Of a DNA stretch of 64,000 bases, positions 1 through 9,612 are shown piece after piece. The notes beneath the pieces are model-generated. The model ran no database searches, was not told the origin of the DNA, and saw nothing but the letters and a program-made list of their open reading frames with translations. The position numbers were made by a program, and so were the translations under genes. Numbering within the stretch: position 1 is the first letter of the stretch; the number at the start of each line of letters is the position of its first letter. The DNA comes from an uncultured delta proteobacterium. Its GTDB lineage: Bacteria > Myxococcota > Myxococcia > Myxococcales > Myxococcaceae. Where the stretch lies: positions 384,001-448,000 of the forward strand of contig CAVQKE010000004.1 in assembly GCA_963713045.1 (NCBI GenBank), given 5' to 3'.

Positions 1-2
1 GG

Positions 3-683
3 CTGGTCCCGGTGGTGGCGGCGGTGATGCTGGTGGTGGTGGGGATTGTGGTCTACATCGAGCGAGGCATGCGCCGCATTCCGGTGCAGTACGCCAAGCG
101 CATGGCCGGGCGGAAGATGTTCGCCGGGCAAGCCACCTACTTTCCGATGAAGGTGAATACCGCCGGCGTCATTCCCCCCATTTTCGCCGGGGCGCTGCTG
201 TCCTTCCCGGCGACGCTGGGGAACTGGATTCCTTTCCTGGCCGGCGTGCAACGGGCCATCGAATCCAACGTCTGGCTCTATGACGGGCTCTTCGTCCTGC
301 TCATCATCTTCTTCTCCTACTTCTACACGACGCTCACCTTCCGGTCGGACGACGTGGCGGACAACATCAAAAAGCAGGGTGGGTACATTCCTGGCATTCG
401 GCCGGGGCGGCAGACGGCGGACTACATTCGGGGCGTTCTGGACCGCATCACTTTTGGCGGGGCCATTTACCTGGCCGTCATCTGCGTCATCCCCTCCATC
501 CTCTCCAACCAGGAGGCCTTCGGGGTGCCGTTCCAATTCGGAGGCACGGCGCTGTTGATTGTGGTTGGCGTGGCTTTGGACACCGTCCAGCAGATTGAAG
601 GTCATCTCATCAGCCGCAACTATGAAGGGTTTTCTGGACCTCGCGGCCCGCGCATCCGGGGCCGGCTGCCCCGGGCGGCCTAA
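3..683 (+). CDS. secY: Preprotein translocase subunit SecY, 3' part (5' end outside window)
   Basis: [35 protein letters not shown] and [16 protein letters not shown] are SecY motifs; lies directly upstream of adk. Confidence 0.98.
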   Translation: MVPVVAAVMLVVVGIVVYIERGMRRIPVQYAKRMAGRKMFAGQATYFPMKVNTAGVIPPIFAGALLSFPATLGNWIPFLAGVQRAIESNVWLYDGLFVLLIIFFSYFYTTLTFRSDDVADNIKKQGGYIPGIRPGRQTADYIRGVLDRITFGGAIYLAVICVIPSILSNQEAFGVPFQFGGTALLIVVGVALDTVQQIEGHLISRNYEGFSGPRGPRIRGRLPRAA

Positions 684-686
684 GCG

Positions 687-1334
687 ATGGACCTCATCCT
701 CTTCGGACCTCCGGGGGCAGGGAAGGGGACGCAGGCCCAACGCCTGCTGGCCGCCTACGGCATACCGCAGATTTCCACCGGCGACATTCTTCGCCAGGCG
801 GTGAAGGAGGGGACTCCGGCCGGGCTGCAGGCCAAGCCGCTGATGGAGACCGGAAAGCTGGTCCCCGATGCGCTGGTCATCAGCATCGTCGAGGAGCGGC
901 TCAAGCGGGCAGACTGCCAAGCTGGTTTCGTCTTGGACGGCTTCCCGCGGACGGTAGCCCAGGCTGTGGCGCTGGACGCGATGCTGACCTCGCTTGGTCG
1001 GCGCATCGACCATGTGCTGTCGCTCGAAGTGCCATTGGAGAGGGTGGTGGAGCGCCTCACTGGGCGGCGCTGCTGCCCGGCCGACGGGCGCGTCTACCAC
1101 GTCACCCAGGCCCCGCCGAAGGTGCCGGGCGTGTGCGACGCCTGCGGCACCGCCTTGGTTCAGCGCCCGGACGACCGGGAAGAGGTGGTGCGGGCCCGGC
1201 AACTGACCTACCGTCGGGACACCGAGCCTCTCAAGGCTTTTTACGCCAAGCGCGGACTGCTCCGTTCGGTGGATGGAACCGGAACGCCGGACGAAGTCTT
1301 TGCGCGGGTTCAGGCCGCCCTCGGGAAGGGGTAA
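687..1334 (+). CDS. adk: Adenylate kinase
   Basis: GPPGAGKGT P-loop, ISTGDILR, LDGFPRT; LID with CxxD...CxxC zinc-type motif; canonical secY-adk-map order. Confidence 0.98.
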   Translation: MDLILFGPPGAGKGTQAQRLLAAYGIPQISTGDILRQAVKEGTPAGLQAKPLMETGKLVPDALVISIVEERLKRADCQAGFVLDGFPRTVAQAVALDAMLTSLGRRIDHVLSLEVPLERVVERLTGRRCCPADGRVYHVTQAPPKVPGVCDACGTALVQRPDDREEVVRARQLTYRRDTEPLKAFYAKRGLLRSVDGTGTPDEVFARVQAALGKG

Positions 1335-1339
1335 GGGCC

Positions 1340-2128
1340 ATGCCGGGCGGCGTCGAACTGAAGAGTCGAGAAGAAATCGCACTGATGCGGGATGCGGGCC
1401 GCATCGTCGCGCAAATCCTGGATGCGCTCGAGAAGGCGGTCGCTCCGGGCGTCAGCACCTGGGACCTCGACCAGCTGTCGGAGCGGCTCATCTACGAAAA
1501 GGGGGCTCGCCCGGCCTTCAAAGGCTACCGCGGCTTCCCCGCCTGCCTGTGCACCTCCATCAACCAGGAAGTGGTGCACGGCATCCCGTCGCGGAAGCGG
1601 CGGCTGCAGGCGGGGGACTTGGCGAAGTTGGACTTTGGCGTCGTCTACCAGGGCTTTTACGGCGATGCGGCGCGCACCATCCCGGTGGGGGACGTCAGCC
1701 CGGCGGCCAGAGAGCTTTCGGAAGCCACCCGGGCCTCACTGGAGGCCGGCATCCAGGCGGCGGTCGCCGGCAACCACATTGGCGACATCGGGCATGCGGT
1801 CCAGGCCTACGTCGAGGCCCGGGGGTATGCGGTGGTGCGGGACTTCGTCGGCCATGGCATTGGGCGTCGACTGCATGAGGAGCCCCAAATCCCCAATTTC
1901 GGGACCCCTGGAAGTGGGATGAAACTGCGTCCGGGGATGGTGCTGGCCATCGAGCCGATGGTGAATGCCGGTGGCTGGGAAGTGGAGACGCTGGACGATG
2001 ACTGGACAGCGGTTACCTTGGACGGAAAGTGGTCCAGCCACTGGGAGCACACCGTCCTGGTGACGGAGGGAGCGCCCGAGGTGCTCACCCGGGGCCAGGG
2101 CGTTGCGCGCGGAGACGTTCAACGCTAG
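1340..2128 (+). CDS. map: Methionine aminopeptidase type I
   Basis: HGIP, DFG..GFYGDAART, GHGIG..LHEEP, LAIEPM and HWEHT metal-binding motifs; ATG at 1340 just after the adk stop. Confidence 0.97.
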   Translation: MPGGVELKSREEIALMRDAGRIVAQILDALEKAVAPGVSTWDLDQLSERLIYEKGARPAFKGYRGFPACLCTSINQEVVHGIPSRKRRLQAGDLAKLDFGVVYQGFYGDAARTIPVGDVSPAARELSEATRASLEAGIQAAVAGNHIGDIGHAVQAYVEARGYAVVRDFVGHGIGRRLHEEPQIPNFGTPGSGMKLRPGMVLAIEPMVNAGGWEVETLDDDWTAVTLDGKWSSHWEHTVLVTEGAPEVLTRGQGVARGDVQR

Positions 2129-2134
2129 AAGAAC

Positions 2135-2164
2135 TTGCTCGGCGGCCGCCCAAGGTGGTATGCC
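2135..2164 (+). promoter_or_regulatory. Candidate sigma70-type promoter for infA-rpmJ-rpsM operon
   Basis: TTGCTC (2135-2140), 18-nt spacer, extended -10 TG-G-TATGCC (2156-2164). Confidence 0.4.
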
Positions 2165-2185
2165 GCCGCGCTTTCTAGGGTTTTC

Positions 2186-2221
2186 GGGGTCCTTCCTGCG
2201 GAAGGGAGGGGCCCCTTTTTT
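2186..2221 (+). terminator. Intrinsic terminator-like hairpin immediately before infA
   Basis: GGGGTCCTTCCT / GGGAGGGGCCCC stem (with G-U pairs), loop GCGGAA, then T6 (2216-2221), directly followed by the infA SD AAGGAG. Confidence 0.5.
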
Positions 2222-2233
2222 GAAGGAGTGTGT

Positions 2234-2455
2234 TTGCCGAAGGACGATGCCATCGAGGTCGAAGGGACGGTGATTGAGCCGCTTCCCAACGCCATGTTCC
2301 GGGTGGCCCTGGACAACGGGGGCCACAAAGTGCTCGCGCACATTTCCGGGAAGATGCGCATGCACTTCATCCGGATTCTGCCGGGGGACAAAGTCAAGGT
2401 GGAGCTGTCGCCCTACGACTTGACCCGCGGTCGCATCACCTACCGGGCGAAGTAA
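2234..2455 (+). CDS. infA: Translation initiation factor IF-1
   Basis: TTG start after [50 protein letters not shown]. Confidence 0.98.
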   Translation: MPKDDAIEVEGTVIEPLPNAMFRVALDNGGHKVLAHISGKMRMHFIRILPGDKVKVELSPYDLTRGRITYRAK

Positions 2456-2529
2456 GCCCACGTTTTTCAGGGCGTCTGCCAGGGCGCCCATTCATCCTCC
2501 GTCGTCACAAAGGGGTTGTTGGAGTCGTC

Positions 2530-2646
2530 ATGAAGGTTCGCGCATCGGTCAAGAAGGTCTGCGACAAGTGCAAGGTCATCAACCGCCGCGGCGTGGTGCG
2601 GGTGATTTGCGCCGCCAATCCGCGCCACAAGCAACGGCAGGGCTAG
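2530..2646 (+). CDS. rpmJ: 50S ribosomal protein L36 (zinc-binding C+ form); below ORF-track cutoff
   Basis: Hand translation [38 protein letters not shown], 38 aa, preceded by GGAG. Confidence 0.98.
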   Translation: MKVRASVKKVCDKCKVINRRGVVRVICAANPRHKQRQG

Positions 2647-2682
2647 GCCCGGCCTTGGGAAGCCTCAGGAGATAGAAGAGCA

Positions 2683-3073
2683 ATGGCCCGTATCGCCGGC
2701 GTCGACCTTCCCCCGCAGAAGCGGGTGGTCATCTCGTTGCAGTACATCTACGGCATCGGCAACAAGACAGCGCACGACATCTGCGCCCGGGCCCAGGTGG
2801 ATTTGGCCACCCGGACCAAGGACTTGACCGAAGAGCAGACGCGCGGGATCCGAGAAATCATCGAGTCCAGACTACAAGGTGGAGGGCGACCTTCGCCGCG
2901 AAGTGACGATGAACATCAAGCGGCTGATGGACCTCGGCTGCTTCCGCGGGCTCCGCCACCGCAAGGGCCTGCCCGTGCGCGGCCAGCGCACCCACACCAA
3001 CGCCCGGACCCGCAAGGGGCCGAAGCGCGGCATCGTGCGGGCCAAGGCGATTACGCCCGCCCCGCGGTCATGA
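2683..3073 (+). CDS. rpsM: 30S ribosomal protein S13 (one apparent +1 indel near 2869)
   Basis: [10 protein letters not shown]...IIES continues in the next frame as [11 protein letters not shown]...[24 protein letters not shown]; removing one base near 2869 restores the frame. Confidence 0.95.
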
Positions 3074-3096
3074 CCCCCGAGAGGATTTGAAAGCCC

Positions 3097-3537
3097 ATGG
3101 CTGAAGAAGTCAGGTCCCCGCTGCGGCGGCCCCAGCTGGAACCGAACCCGCCGAGGGTGAGGCCCCGCGCAAGAAGGCAAAAGCAAGAAGAACATCCTCA
3201 ACGGCGTGGTCCACATCCAGTCCACCTTCAACAACACCATCATCACCATCACCGACGTCTCCGGCAACGTCGTTGCTTGGTCCTCGGCCGGGGCGCGAGG
3301 CTTCAAGGGGAGCCGCAAGTCGACCCCCTTCGCGGCGCAGGTCGCCGCTGGCGATGCCGCCGCCAAGGCGATGGAGCACGGCCTGAAGAACGTGACGGTG
3401 ATGGTGAAGGGACCAGGCGCGGGCCGCGAGTCGGCGCTTCGCGCGCTGGCCTCTGCGGGCCTCAAGATCTCTCTCATCCGCGACGTGACGCCCATCCCCA
3501 CAACGGCTGCCGACAGCCGAAACGGCGTCGCGTTTAG
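3097..3537 (+). CDS. rpsK: 30S ribosomal protein S11 (three apparent -1 indels)
   Basis: Pieces MAEEV / [19 protein letters not shown] / [19 protein letters not shown]...[14 protein letters not shown]...IRDVTPIP / [12 protein letters not shown] in successive frames. Confidence 0.95.
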   Translation: MAEEVRSPLRRPQLEPNPPRVRPRARRQKQEEHPQRRGPHPVHLQQHHHHHHRRLRQRRCLVLGRGARLQGEPQVDPLRGAGRRWRCRRQGDGARPEERDGDGEGTRRGPRVGASRAGLCGPQDLSHPRRDAHPHNGCRQPKRRRV

Positions 3538-3560
3538 ACCACCTTTCAGGAGACACCCTT

Positions 3561-4190
3561 TTGGCCCGCTACACCGCCAGCGTCTGTCGCATCTGTCGCC
3601 GCGAGAACCTCAAGATGTATTTGAAGGGGGACCGCTGCTACACGGACAAGTGCGCCATCGAGCGCCGTCCCTACCCACCCGGTCAGCATGGCCAGGGCCG
3701 AGTCGAAGTTCTCCGAGCTACGGCGTGCAACTGCGCGAGAAGCAGAAGGTGAAGCGGATGTACGGCCTGTTGGAGAGCCAGTTCCGTGGGTACGTTTGCT
3801 CGGGCGGCCCGTGCCAAAGGCAAGACCGGCGAGACGCTGCTGCAGCTGCTCGAGCTGCGGCTGGATAACGTGGTGTTCCGGATGGGCTTCGCCGACACCC
3901 GAGCCGAAGCTCGGCAGCTGGTGCGCCACGGCCACTTCCTGGTGAATGGCCGGCGGGTGAACATCCCCTCCTTTGAGGTGAAGCCCGGCAGCCTGGTGGA
4001 AGTGGCCGAGAAGAGCCGGAAGATGATTCGCATCGCCGAGGCGCTGGAGACGGTGGAGCGGCGCGGAGTTCCGCAGTGGATTGAACTGGACAAGAAGGGG
4101 ATGAAGGGCACGGTGAAGTCGGTGCCCAATCGCGAGGACCTCACGATGCCCATCCAGGAGCAGCTCATCGTCGAGCTCTATTCGAAGTAA
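3561..4190 (+). CDS. rpsD: 30S ribosomal protein S4 (three apparent +1 indels at about 3705, 3718, 3794)
   Basis: [15 protein letters not shown]...PGQHGQGRV / KFSE / [10 protein letters not shown]...FRGY / [29 protein letters not shown]...IVELYSK. Confidence 0.95.
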
Positions 4191-4343
4191 CGCCTTTTGC
4201 CCGGGAGGCGACGGACCCTCCCGGGATGTCGGTGGCCCCACTTTGGAGCCTCCGGTTGACATGTCCGTCTCACACATCACCCGGGGCTGTCCTCCCGCCA
4301 CTCGGGCGGGGATGTTGGTGGCAGACCCGGGGAGGAGCACATC

Positions 4344-5390
4344 GTGGCCGAAGCATTCACAGCAAAGCATTGGCGGGACCTCATCAAGCCCCGGCGGATG
4401 GAGGTCGACCCGGAAAGTCTGACCGCCACCTACGGTAAGTTCATCGCGGAACCCTTGGAGCGGGGTTTCGGGACCACCCTCGGCAACACGCTTCGTCGCG
4501 TGCTGCTCAGTTCCCTGCAGGGGGCGGCCATCGTCTCGGTGAAGATTGAAGGCGTGGACCACGAGTTCACCACCGTTCCCGAGGTGGCGGAGGATGTCAC
4601 CGACATCGTCCTGAACCTCAAGGAAGTTCTGCTTCGGATGCACACCAACGAGCAGAAGACACTCCGCATCGAGGCCGAAGGTCCGAAGGAAATCAAAGCC
4701 GGCGACATCATCGCCGACGACCAGGTGGAGATTCTCAACCCGGGCCACCACATCTGCACCCTCTCCGAGGGCGGCAAGCTGCGGCTGGAGATGATTGCCC
4801 GACGCGGCCGCGGCTATGTGGCCGCCAACAGCAACAAGAACGCCGGTGACCCCATCGGAACCATCCCGGTGGACTCGCTGTTCTCGCCCATCCGCAAGGT
4901 CAACTACCAGGTCACAAACGCTCGCGTGGGGCAGGTCACCGACTATGACCGGCTCAGCCTCGAGGTGTGGACCGACGGTTCGGTATCCCCTCAGGACGCG
5001 GTGGCCTACGCGGCGAAAATCATCAAGGAGCAGCTGACCGTCTTCATCAGCTTTGATGAGACGGAAGAGCCGGCCCCGTTGGAGACGCCGAAGGAGGAGG
5101 CCAAGCTGAATGAAAACCTTTTCCGCAGCGTGGATGAACTCGAATTGAGCGTCCGTTCCGCCAACTGCCTGCAGCAGGCGAACATCAAAACCATTGGGGA
5201 TTTGGTCCAGCGCAGCGAAGCCGAGATGTTGAAGACCAAGAATTTCGGCCGGAAATCCCTGAAGGAAATCAAGGAAATCCTCGCCGAGATGGGGCTTTCT
5301 TTGGGGATGAAGCTCGACAGCTGGCCGATGAAGCCGGCCGTCACGCCGGTCCCGGCCCCAGCACCTGCGGCGAACGAGCCCCGAATCTAA
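4344..5390 (+). CDS. rpoA: DNA-directed RNA polymerase subunit alpha
   Basis: [49 protein letters not shown] before GTG. Confidence 0.99.
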   Translation: MAEAFTAKHWRDLIKPRRMEVDPESLTATYGKFIAEPLERGFGTTLGNTLRRVLLSSLQGAAIVSVKIEGVDHEFTTVPEVAEDVTDIVLNLKEVLLRMHTNEQKTLRIEAEGPKEIKAGDIIADDQVEILNPGHHICTLSEGGKLRLEMIARRGRGYVAANSNKNAGDPIGTIPVDSLFSPIRKVNYQVTNARVGQVTDYDRLSLEVWTDGSVSPQDAVAYAAKIIKEQLTVFISFDETEEPAPLETPKEEAKLNENLFRSVDELELSVRSANCLQQANIKTIGDLVQRSEAEMLKTKNFGRKSLKEIKEILAEMGLSLGMKLDSWPMKPAVTPVPAPAPAANEPRI

Positions 5391-5409
5391 CGCCTCTCTC
5401 CCCTTACAG

Positions 5410-5433
5410 GGCGGGTACCTGACACGGCCCGCC
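5410..5433 (+). promoter_or_regulatory. Candidate L17 ribosomal leader hairpin upstream of rplQ
   Basis: GGCGGG-TACCTGACACGG-CCCGCC stem-loop abutting the AGGAG SD. The GGTACCTGAxACGGCC core resembles the actinobacterial/proteobacterial L17 leader (recalled, not searched). Confidence 0.65.
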
Positions 5434-5444
5434 AGGAGCAAGCG

Positions 5445-5945
5445 ATGCGACACCGCGTCGGACACCGGAAGCTGCAGAAAACCACCAGCCACCGCCTCGC
5501 CATGTTGGACAACATGGTGACGTCGTTGCTTCAGCACGAAGCCATTCAGACCACGCTGCCGCGGGCCAAGGAGGCCCGTCGCCTCGCGGAGCGCGTCATC
5601 ACCCTGGGCAAGCGCGGTGGCTTATCCAACGTCCGTCTCGCGGAACGGCAGATTCGCAGCCGGGAAGTCCTCCAGAAGGTATTCGGCGAGTTGAAGGACC
5701 GCTACGCCGAGCGTCCGGGGGGCTACACGCGCATTGTCCGCCTCGGCTACCGCCTCGGAGATGCCGCACAGATGGCCCTCCTCGAGTTGGTGGACCGGCC
5801 GGCCAGCACCGGCGAGCCCAAGACCGAGGAGAAGGTCGAGGCCAAGCCGAAGGGCAAAGGCAAGGCGGAGCCGGCGAAAGCGGAGGCCCCCCCCACCGAG
5901 GCCACTGCCGAGGCAAAGCCAGCCAAGCGGAAGGCGAAGAAGTAA
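5445..5945 (+). CDS. rplQ: 50S ribosomal protein L17 with Lys/Ala/Glu-rich C-terminal tail
   Basis: MRHRVGHRKL, TTLPRAKE, RPGGYTRI, GDAAQMA. Confidence 0.98.
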   Translation: MRHRVGHRKLQKTTSHRLAMLDNMVTSLLQHEAIQTTLPRAKEARRLAERVITLGKRGGLSNVRLAERQIRSREVLQKVFGELKDRYAERPGGYTRIVRLGYRLGDAAQMALLELVDRPASTGEPKTEEKVEAKPKGKGKAEPAKAEAPPTEATAEAKPAKRKAKK

Positions 5946-5963
5946 CGCCCGCTGGAACCGGTG

Positions 5964-6551
5964 TCAGTGCAGCTCGCCGTGTTCCAAGAGGTGGGCCGAG
6001 CCTTTGCTTGTCCGAAGCTCGACGTCCGTGGCTTGCAAGTCGCTTGGAGCGAGTTTGCCGTTGTCCCCCATCAACTGCTTGGGGGTGACGGTGACGAAGG
6101 CGTGCGGCTCGACGTGGGAAATGGCCGCGCGGTAGCGGCCGTTGACGATGATGAGGACGTCCTGCCAGGCGGCGTCGCTCTCATTGTGCAGCACCAGCGC
6201 TGGATGCTCGGCCTCGGCCCCGACCACCAGTCTCGCCCCGAGGGTGGTGTCGCGGTGGACGGACGGGGCCGGACAGGCCACGCCAATGCCGCACAGGCTG
6301 AGCACCGCCCAGGCGATGAGGATGAGGGCCTTGTATTTGAAGTACCGGTCCGCGTTGCGGAAGTCTTCCCACGTCTCACGCAGAATGGCGGCCACGTTGA
6401 GAGCGGTGCTCTCCGCACCGGCGCGTAGACGCGACGGCAGCGGCTCACCGTCGGAGTCCAGGCGCACCGTCCCGGAACGTGCAGCGGTGAGCACGCGTCC
6501 GTGGAGATAGGCCTCGCGGCGGGCCTGGTCCGATGGCGAGGAGGTGGGCAT
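5964..6551 (-). CDS. Hypothetical single-pass membrane protein
   Basis: ATG at 6551; hydrophobic segment ALILIAWAVLSLCGIGVAC followed by a beta-rich domain; follows plsC on the same strand. Confidence 0.7.
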   Translation of the reverse strand: MPTSSPSDQARREAYLHGRVLTAARSGTVRLDSDGEPLPSRLRAGAESTALNVAAILRETWEDFRNADRYFKYKALILIAWAVLSLCGIGVACPAPSVHRDTTLGARLVVGAEAEHPALVLHNESDAAWQDVLIIVNGRYRAAISHVEPHAFVTVTPKQLMGDNGKLAPSDLQATDVELRTSKGSAHLLEHGELH

Positions 6552-6570
6552 CTCAGGCAACAGCTGCAGC

Positions 6571-7368
6571 TTAGAGCATGGTGGCCCCGGGAGATGCTTC
6601 CCGGCGTTCGCTGCGGCCACCGGGTCCGGAAGAGTCCTCCTGGACCCCGCCCAGACCACCCAGGGCGAGGCTGCTCTCGACGACAGCGGCCCGAGTCGCC
6701 CGGGCGAGGCCGGCCCGGTCATTGACGTCGAAGCCGCTCACCTCCAGAGGCGCACCAATGCGCACCCGGACGGTGCCTGGGCGGATGGCCCAGCTGCGCC
6801 GTGGCATCACCTGGGCCGAGCCTTCGATGGTGATGGGGACCACTGGAATCTGCGCCTTGAGTGCCAGGCCGAACGGCCCATGCTTGAACGGCAGGATGCG
6901 CCTGTCCGGAGAACGGGTGCCTTCGGGGAAAACAATCAAACTGATTTGTCGGCGCACAATCCGTTCGGCGGCGCGGTCCAGAGAGGCAATGGCGCGGGTC
7001 CGGTTGCTCCGGTCAACCAGGATGTGACCAGCCATTTGGATGTACCAACCAACCAATGGCACCCAGCGAAGCTGCTCTTTGGCGACGAAGCGCAAGTCCA
7101 CCGGGAGGGCATGAAACAGGACGGGGATGTCGAGGGTGGACTGGTGGTTACTGGCGTAGAGGGTCGCACGCCCAGCAGCCACGTTTTCGGCCCCCTCGAC
7201 TTCCACCCTCGCCCCGGCCAACCAAAGCAGGCTGGGAGCCCACAGGCGCCGGGCGAACCAGCCGGCGGCACTGGTGTTTGCAGTCAGCAATATCGCCAGG
7301 CCAGCGAAGGGCAAAAGGACTGCGGTCACCACCGCGACGGCCAGCATGTAGAGCGCGTTTCGAAGCAT
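6571..7368 (-). CDS. plsC: 1-acyl-sn-glycerol-3-phosphate acyltransferase
   Basis: SNHQSTLD (HX4D), FVAKEQL, VDRSN and FPEGTRS motifs; N-terminal TM. Confidence 0.92.
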   Translation of the reverse strand: MLRNALYMLAVAVVTAVLLPFAGLAILLTANTSAAGWFARRLWAPSLLWLAGARVEVEGAENVAAGRATLYASNHQSTLDIPVLFHALPVDLRFVAKEQLRWVPLVGWYIQMAGHILVDRSNRTRAIASLDRAAERIVRRQISLIVFPEGTRSPDRRILPFKHGPFGLALKAQIPVVPITIEGSAQVMPRRSWAIRPGTVRVRIGAPLEVSGFDVNDRAGLARATRAAVVESSLALGGLGGVQEDSSGPGGRSERREASPGATML

Positions 7369-7497
7369 CGGGTTGGGGACTCCGCACCTCTTGCATGCCG
7401 GCTAGCACCCGGGCAAGTCCTGGTGTAGCTGAAGGAATCCCTGGGGGAGCTGCTTGCCACCCAGGCGCCGAGGAGGCGACGTGCGAGAGGTCGGGCG

Positions 7498-8676
7498 TTG
7501 AGGGAAGTTTACATCGTCGCCACTGAGCAGACGGAGACCCTCGAGCAGGGCGTCCTCGCCGAGGCCTTCTCGGGCGACGACGCCGCCTTCGAGTTGGCGG
7601 AGGACGGAAGCGGTTTCCGCCTGGTCTCTGCCGAGTCGACGGTGACCGTGCGTTTCGAGGCGCTGGAAGCGGCCATTGGCTGGACGCCGGAGCTTCTGAC
7701 CGGCAGTGACGAGGCCCACCACGTCTTCCGCCGCGCGCGGGGCTTTTACCGCATCGCCTTTGAGCCGGGTGTCCCGGGGCCGGCGGCGGCGGTCTTCGAG
7801 GCGCTGTGGTGTGCCCGTGCCCTGTTGGAGCGGCTGCCGGGCGTGCTCCTGGACGTCACGGCCTTCAAGCTGCATGAGTTGGAGGACGTCGCGGAGATTA
7901 CCGAGTTGGATTTTGACATCCGCGACCACGTCAACCTGCACGCGGTGGAGGTTGCGGAGGGAGAGGCGCCCTACTGGGTGCACTCGCACGGTATGGAGAA
8001 GTTTGGCACGCGGGAACTGGAGGTGTTCCGCCTGGCGGAGGACGACCTGCGCGCGGCCGAGTCCTTCGTCCACGAGTTGTGTGCCGAGCTGGCTTGGGGC
8101 GAGGGGCCTGGCATTCGAGAGCGCGTGGAGACCAGCAACGGCGAGGCCTTCATGCTGGCTCCCTCCGAGGAGGCCCGCTTGACGCTGATTGACCTCCCGA
8201 TGGACACCTTTGAAGGCCATGAGGGCGTCTCCTACACGGTGGTCTCCGCCGACGGGCGGCACACCCTGGCCGAGCTGCTGCGCCCGTACCGCGCGCGGTT
8301 TGAGAAGGAGGCCCCAGAACGAAGCGAGGCCCTCCAGCAGCAGGCGCGGACGCTGTTGCCGGCCTTCAAGGCACGCTTCCACCGGCGGGGGTTGATGGAA
8401 CCGACCACCTTCCTGGTTCGCTCTCCCTTCGAGGTGCACCCAGACGGGGAGGGTGAGGCGGTGAAGGAGGACTTGTGGCTGGAGGTGCTCTCCTGGGAGG
8501 ACACCCAGCTGGTGGGGAAGCTGGTCGACGGTGCGGTCCACACCACCGAATGGCGAAAGGGGGCGACGGTGGAAGTCGAGGAGGCCCAGGTGAATGCCGT
8601 TGCTGTGGGCCGAGACGGGCGAGCCCTGGACGACGAGGAGATGCATGGCTTTCTCCTCGCCGAGCGGCCGATGTAG
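7498..8676 (+). CDS. Hypothetical acidic protein, C-terminal DUF2314-like domain
   Basis: Long ORF with typical codon usage; WVHSHGMEKFG motif and a C-terminal EDLWLEVLSW...VGKLVD segment resembling DUF2314. Confidence 0.65.
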   Translation: MREVYIVATEQTETLEQGVLAEAFSGDDAAFELAEDGSGFRLVSAESTVTVRFEALEAAIGWTPELLTGSDEAHHVFRRARGFYRIAFEPGVPGPAAAVFEALWCARALLERLPGVLLDVTAFKLHELEDVAEITELDFDIRDHVNLHAVEVAEGEAPYWVHSHGMEKFGTRELEVFRLAEDDLRAAESFVHELCAELAWGEGPGIRERVETSNGEAFMLAPSEEARLTLIDLPMDTFEGHEGVSYTVVSADGRHTLAELLRPYRARFEKEAPERSEALQQQARTLLPAFKARFHRRGLMEPTTFLVRSPFEVHPDGEGEAVKEDLWLEVLSWEDTQLVGKLVDGAVHTTEWRKGATVEVEEAQVNAVAVGRDGRALDDEEMHGFLLAERPM

Positions 8677-8683
8677 GGCGCGG

Positions 8684-9610
<927 letters not shown>

Positions 9611-9612
9611 GC

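Noticed and set aside
2869..3794. Programmed ribosomal frameshifting or true pseudogenes in rpsM/rpsK/rpsD
   Set aside because: Mixed +1 and -1 events without slippery heptamers, tightly clustered, some in homopolymers, with undecayed protein sequence; sequencing error is far more likely.
3546..5537. 663-aa antisense ORF over rpsD/rpoA, and similar long shadow ORFs (e.g. 7402-9195, 9724-11625, 44231-46693, 48506-50059)
   Set aside because: They mirror well-supported genes on the other strand; expected in high-GC DNA where codon bias suppresses stops; no motifs.
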